A stretch of DNA of 64,000 bases from Halarcobacter sp. (GTDB lineage Bacteria > Campylobacterota > Campylobacteria > Campylobacterales > Arcobacteraceae). Numbering within the stretch: the stretch's first letter is position 1; every line of letters starts with the position of its first letter. A program made the translations under genes and the position numbers. Positions 60,612 to 64,000 of the stretch are shown here, piece by piece. The notes under the pieces were generated by a model, which did not search any database, was not told where the DNA came from, and saw only the letters and a program-made list of their open reading frames with translations. The DNA is taken from assembly GCA_963676565.1 (NCBI GenBank), contig OY781089.1, positions 864,001 to 928,000 of the forward strand, given 5' to 3'.

Positions 60612-60626
60612 GATTTACATCCTTAT

Positions 60627-60650
60627 AAAATAGTCAAAATTGACTATTTT
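60627..60650. terminator. Bidirectional hairpin between convergent genes
   Basis: AAAATAGTCAA-AA-TTGACTATTTT inverted repeat. Confidence 0.65.
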
Positions 60651-61377
60651 ATAATACAGCTGAAAGGAAACCTTGCAACTCTTTTGTTTGAGGATTTGCA
60701 AAGACCTCCTCACTTTTTCCAGTTTCCCAAATTAAACCATCATGCATAAAAATAACCCTATCTCCTATGTCCCTTGCAAAATTCATTTCATGGGTAACTA
60801 AGATTAAAGTGATTCCTTCACTTGCAAGTTCTTCAAGTACTTTTAAAACTTCGCCAACTAATTCAGGATCTAAAGCAGATGTAATCTCATCACATAATAA
60901 TACTTTTGGTGACATGGCTAAACTTCTTGCAATTGCAACTCTTTGTTTTTGACCACCTGATAAACTTTCTGGATATTGATTGAAAAAGTCTGCCATTCCA
61001 ACTTTTTCTAAACATTTAATTGCTAACTCTTTTGCTTCTTCTTTACTTTTGCCAAGTATTAACCTTGGAGATAACATTACATTTTCTCCTGCTGTTTTAT
61101 GTGGATAAAGATTAAAACTTTGAAATATCATTCCACAAACTTTACTTATCTTTTGTAATTGCAAATCGTTTGTAGTAACTTCTAAGTTACCTACAATTAT
61201 ATTTCCTTTTTGATGCTCTTCAAGACCATTTATACATCTAAGAAGTGTACTTTTACCAGAACCAGACTTTCCAATAATAGAGATTACTTCTCCAGCTTTC
61301 ACCTTTAAGTCTATCCCTTTTAGGATATGTTTCTCTCCATAATATTTATGTACACCTTCTAAACTAACTAGAGACAT
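60649..61377 (-). CDS. Polar amino acid ABC transporter ATPase (GlnQ-like)
   Basis: GKSGSGKS, LSGGQKQRVAIAR, DEITSALDPE, VTHEMNFA. Confidence 0.93.
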   Translation of the reverse strand: MSLVSLEGVHKYYGEKHILKGIDLKVKAGEVISIIGKSGSGKSTLLRCINGLEEHQKGNIIVGNLEVTTNDLQLQKISKVCGMIFQSFNLYPHKTAGENVMLSPRLILGKSKEEAKELAIKCLEKVGMADFFNQYPESLSGGQKQRVAIARSLAMSPKVLLCDEITSALDPELVGEVLKVLEELASEGITLILVTHEMNFARDIGDRVIFMHDGLIWETGKSEEVFANPQTKELQGFLSAVL

Positions 61378-62014
61378 TTAACTTCCTTTCTAAATATTTA
61401 CTATATTTTGTAAGTGGGAAACAAATTAAAAAATATAAAATTGCCACAAAAGTGAATACTTTAAATGGTTCAAAAGTTGCATTATTTAACATTGTCCCAG
61501 CTTTTGTAATTTCAACAAAGCCTATAATTGAAGCTAACGCTGTTCCTTTAACAACTTGAACAGAAAAGCCAACAGTTGGAGCAGTTGCTAATCTTACTGA
61601 TTGAGGAATTATCACATGAATCATTGTTTGATAATAGTTTAATCCCATAGTTTTTGCTGCTTCCCATTGTCCTTTGTCAACTGACTCAAGACAACCTCTC
61701 CAGATTTCAGTTAAAAAGGCACTAGTAAAAAGTGTTAATGCCAAACTAGCAGCTCCCCAAGCACCTAATTCTATGCCAATTAATGATAAACCAAAAAATG
61801 CAAGGAAAAGTTGCATAAGAAGGGGAGTTCCTTGAAAAACTTCCACATAGATTTGAATTAAAATTGTTAGAAATTTATTATTTGTCATTCTAAGAATTAA
61901 TAAAACACCAGCAACAATACCTCCACCAATAAATGCAATAATTGATAAAAGTACTGTCCATCTAGCTGCTAATAATAAGTTTTGAAATATATCAAAAGTA
62001 GTAAATTGTTCCAT
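61364..62014 (-). CDS. Polar amino acid ABC transporter permease
   Basis: FQGTPLLMQL, EIWRG, GQWEAA. Confidence 0.92.
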   Translation of the reverse strand: MEQFTTFDIFQNLLLAARWTVLLSIIAFIGGGIVAGVLLILRMTNNKFLTILIQIYVEVFQGTPLLMQLFLAFFGLSLIGIELGAWGAASLALTLFTSAFLTEIWRGCLESVDKGQWEAAKTMGLNYYQTMIHVIIPQSVRLATAPTVGFSVQVVKGTALASIIGFVEITKAGTMLNNATFEPFKVFTFVAILYFLICFPLTKYSKYLERKLNVSS

Positions 62015-62017
62015 TTT

Positions 62018-62680
62018 TTAACCTTTATTAAAAAGCTTATTACTTATAAAAGTCAAGATAAATCTTAATACAATTGCAAGTATAAGGTAAATTATTGTGA
62101 TGATAAAATAAGACTCAAAACTTAAAAAAGTTCTAGACTGTATGAAGTTAGCAGTGAAAGTAAGTTCTTCTACTGAGATTTGAGATAATACAGCAGAACC
62201 TAACATTACAATAATACATTGGCTAATTAGTGCAGGAGAAACTTTTTTCAAAGCTTGTGGTAAAACTATATGAAAAAAAATCTGAGACCATCTTAATCCT
62301 AGAGTCTTTCCTGCTTCCCATTGTCCTTTTGAAGTTGATTCAATTCCAGCTCTTATAATTTCAGTGGAATAAGCACCTAAATTTATAATCATAGCAATCA
62401 TGCCAGCTTCAAGTGCAGTTAATTTTATTCCCAATGAGGGTAAACCGAAAAATATAAAAAATAATTGAACAATAAAAGGGGTGTTTCTAATAACTTCAAC
62501 AAACCCTCCAATAAGGGTTTGCAAAAATTTATTTCTTCCAACCCTACATGCTGCTCCTAAAACCCCAACAGCTACACCTAATATGGTAGTAGCTGTTGTA
62601 ATTTCAATAGTTAATAATAAACCATTTATAATATTTTCATGGTATGGTAAAATTCCAGAAAAATCAAATTCATAATTCAT
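62018..62680 (-). CDS. Polar amino acid ABC transporter permease
   Basis: RNTPFIVQL, AYSTEIIRAG, GQWEAG. Confidence 0.92.
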   Translation of the reverse strand: MNYEFDFSGILPYHENIINGLLLTIEITTATTILGVAVGVLGAACRVGRNKFLQTLIGGFVEVIRNTPFIVQLFFIFFGLPSLGIKLTALEAGMIAMIINLGAYSTEIIRAGIESTSKGQWEAGKTLGLRWSQIFFHIVLPQALKKVSPALISQCIIVMLGSAVLSQISVEELTFTANFIQSRTFLSFESYFIITIIYLILAIVLRFILTFISNKLFNKG

Positions 62681-62689
62681 TAATTACTC

Positions 62690-63469
62690 TTACAATTCTT
62701 TTGGTAAATCAATTTTTAACCATTTTTTAGATGTTTCATTTAATTTTCCATTTGATTTTAGTTCACTAATTAAACTATTTAAAAACTCTTTTAATTCAGG
62801 TTCTTTTTTATTGATTCCTACATAACAAGGTGAGTTTTTAATCATAAATTTTGTTTCAGGAGCAGTTTTAGGATACTTATTTGCTATTTCACTAATAATT
62901 AAATTTCCAGTTGCAATTAATTTAACCTGACCAGATACAAAAGCTGAAATTGTTGTGTTGTTATCCTCAAATCTTTTTAAAGTTGTTGTTGAATTAACTA
63001 ATTTACTAAGTTCTAAATCCTCAACAGAACCTCTTGTTACTCCAACTGTTTTGTCATTTAAATCTTTTACATCTGAAACTGCCATATCTTTAGTTCCAAA
63101 TACACCAAGGAAAAATGGTGCATAAGCATCAGAAAAGTCAATAACTTTTGCTCTCTCAGCATTTTTACCTAAACTTGAAATAATTAAATCAGCTTTTCCT
63201 GTTTTTAAATAAGGAATTCTATTTGCACTTGTTACTGGAATAAGTTCTAGTTTGACATTTAGTTTTTCAGCAATAAATTTTGCCATATCAACATCATAAC
63301 CTTGAACACTCATATCTTTTGAAGCAGAACCAAATGGAGGAAAATCTTGAGGAACAGCTACTTTAACAACACCAGCTGATTTGATATCTTCTAATTGATT
63401 TGCATTTAACAAACTTGTTGCAACTAAGGCACCCATAGCTAAAACTTTAATTAATGTTTTTTTAAACAT
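62690..63469 (-). CDS. Polar amino acid ABC transporter substrate-binding protein
   Basis: Signal peptide; PQDFPPFG, GYDVD, NRIPYL, DFSDAY. Confidence 0.92.
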   Translation of the reverse strand: MFKKTLIKVLAMGALVATSLLNANQLEDIKSAGVVKVAVPQDFPPFGSASKDMSVQGYDVDMAKFIAEKLNVKLELIPVTSANRIPYLKTGKADLIISSLGKNAERAKVIDFSDAYAPFFLGVFGTKDMAVSDVKDLNDKTVGVTRGSVEDLELSKLVNSTTTLKRFEDNNTTISAFVSGQVKLIATGNLIISEIANKYPKTAPETKFMIKNSPCYVGINKKEPELKEFLNSLISELKSNGKLNETSKKWLKIDLPKEL

Positions 63470-63503
63470 TTTTAATCCTTAATATTGATGATTTTTCATA
63501 TAA

Positions 63504-63754
63504 ATTGTAAACAATGATTGTTGACAATTTATTAGATACATTGGAATATTAGATTAATTAGTTCATATAGTCAACAAAATTTTGTCTATTAAATAAACAT
63601 ATAAAATTGTATTTTTCTAATATTAATTGAAAGAATGACCTTTTTATGGAGCTTTAATCATTTGTAATTATTAATAGTCAATTAAAAATTTTTTCCTAAA
63701 TTATTTAATTGTATAAATTGTAAACAATTATTGTAAACAATCATTGTAGACAAT
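63504..63754. promoter_or_regulatory. Five ATTGT-N2-ACAAT operator palindromes in two tandem arrays
   Basis: Copies start at 63504 and 63517, and at 63717, 63730 and 63743 (13-bp period), in a divergent promoter region. Confidence 0.8.
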
Positions 63755-63815
63755 GTGCTAACATGTTTTTCATGATTTATCAATGATAAATACTAATTAA
63801 AATTTAGGAGACGAA

Positions 63816-64000
63816 ATGAAAAGGTTTATGAAACTTAGTTTAGTAGCTGGGCTACTAAGTAGTACACTTTTAGCACAAGACACAATTAAAATTGGTTTTG
63901 TTGGGACGCTTTCTGGAGCAAATGCTGCATGGGGAACTTCAAATGTAAGATCAATGGAAACATCTGCAGATATTTATAACGCACAAGGCGGAGTTGAAAT
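63816..64000 (+). CDS. Branched-chain-amino-acid-type (LivK-like) substrate-binding protein, truncated by window end
   Basis: AGGAG RBS; MKRFMKLSLVAGLLSSTLLAQDTIKIGFVGTLSGANAAWG...NAQGGV. Confidence 0.85.
   Translation, partial: MKRFMKLSLVAGLLSSTLLAQDTIKIGFVGTLSGANAAWGTSNVRSMETSADIYNAQGGVE

Noticed and set aside
63717..63754. Possible CRISPR or mini-array
   Set aside because: Repeats are 12 bp with 1-nt spacers and there are no cas genes; operator array fits better.
44537..64000. tRNA-anchored integrative element
   Set aside because: No integrase or transposase, and I saw no duplicated tRNA 3' end within the window.

Overview
AT-rich bacterial chromosomal window whose gene content and protein signatures point to Campylobacterota, probably Arcobacteraceae (inference). 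In order: a partial multi-PAS/GAF histidine kinase; rplM-rpsI; a Pho locus (pstS, an EAL-GGDEF gene, pstCAB, phoU, PhoB/PhoR-like pair); prfA, rpsT, glmM, lspA, leuC, mobA; a ~10 kb periplasmic sulfur-redox cluster (Tat-exported SQR-like flavoprotein, three c/b-type cytochromes, PsrABC-like molybdoenzyme, triple rhodanese); thrS-infC-rpmI-rplT; a DUF3373-like outer-membrane barrel with two near-identical small exported Cys-tailed proteins; housekeeping genes (NFACT, cdsA, dxr, tsaD, SUI1, nnr, cutA, thiG); six tRNAs; a cold-shock gene; and a nitrogen-scavenging block (three signalling genes, urtABCDE, orphan ureD, ureidoglycolate lyase, several ABC/MFS transporters). No CRISPR array, transposase, integrase or rRNA was seen. 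The best candidate for an undescribed system is the barrel plus Cys-tailed protein pair: a shared TGAAT-N4-ATTCA palindrome sits 30-31 nt upstream of the -10 element in two of their promoters and in the psrA promoter, suggesting a common sulfur-uptake/respiration regulon. All calls come from reading sequence motifs only; no database searches were run.
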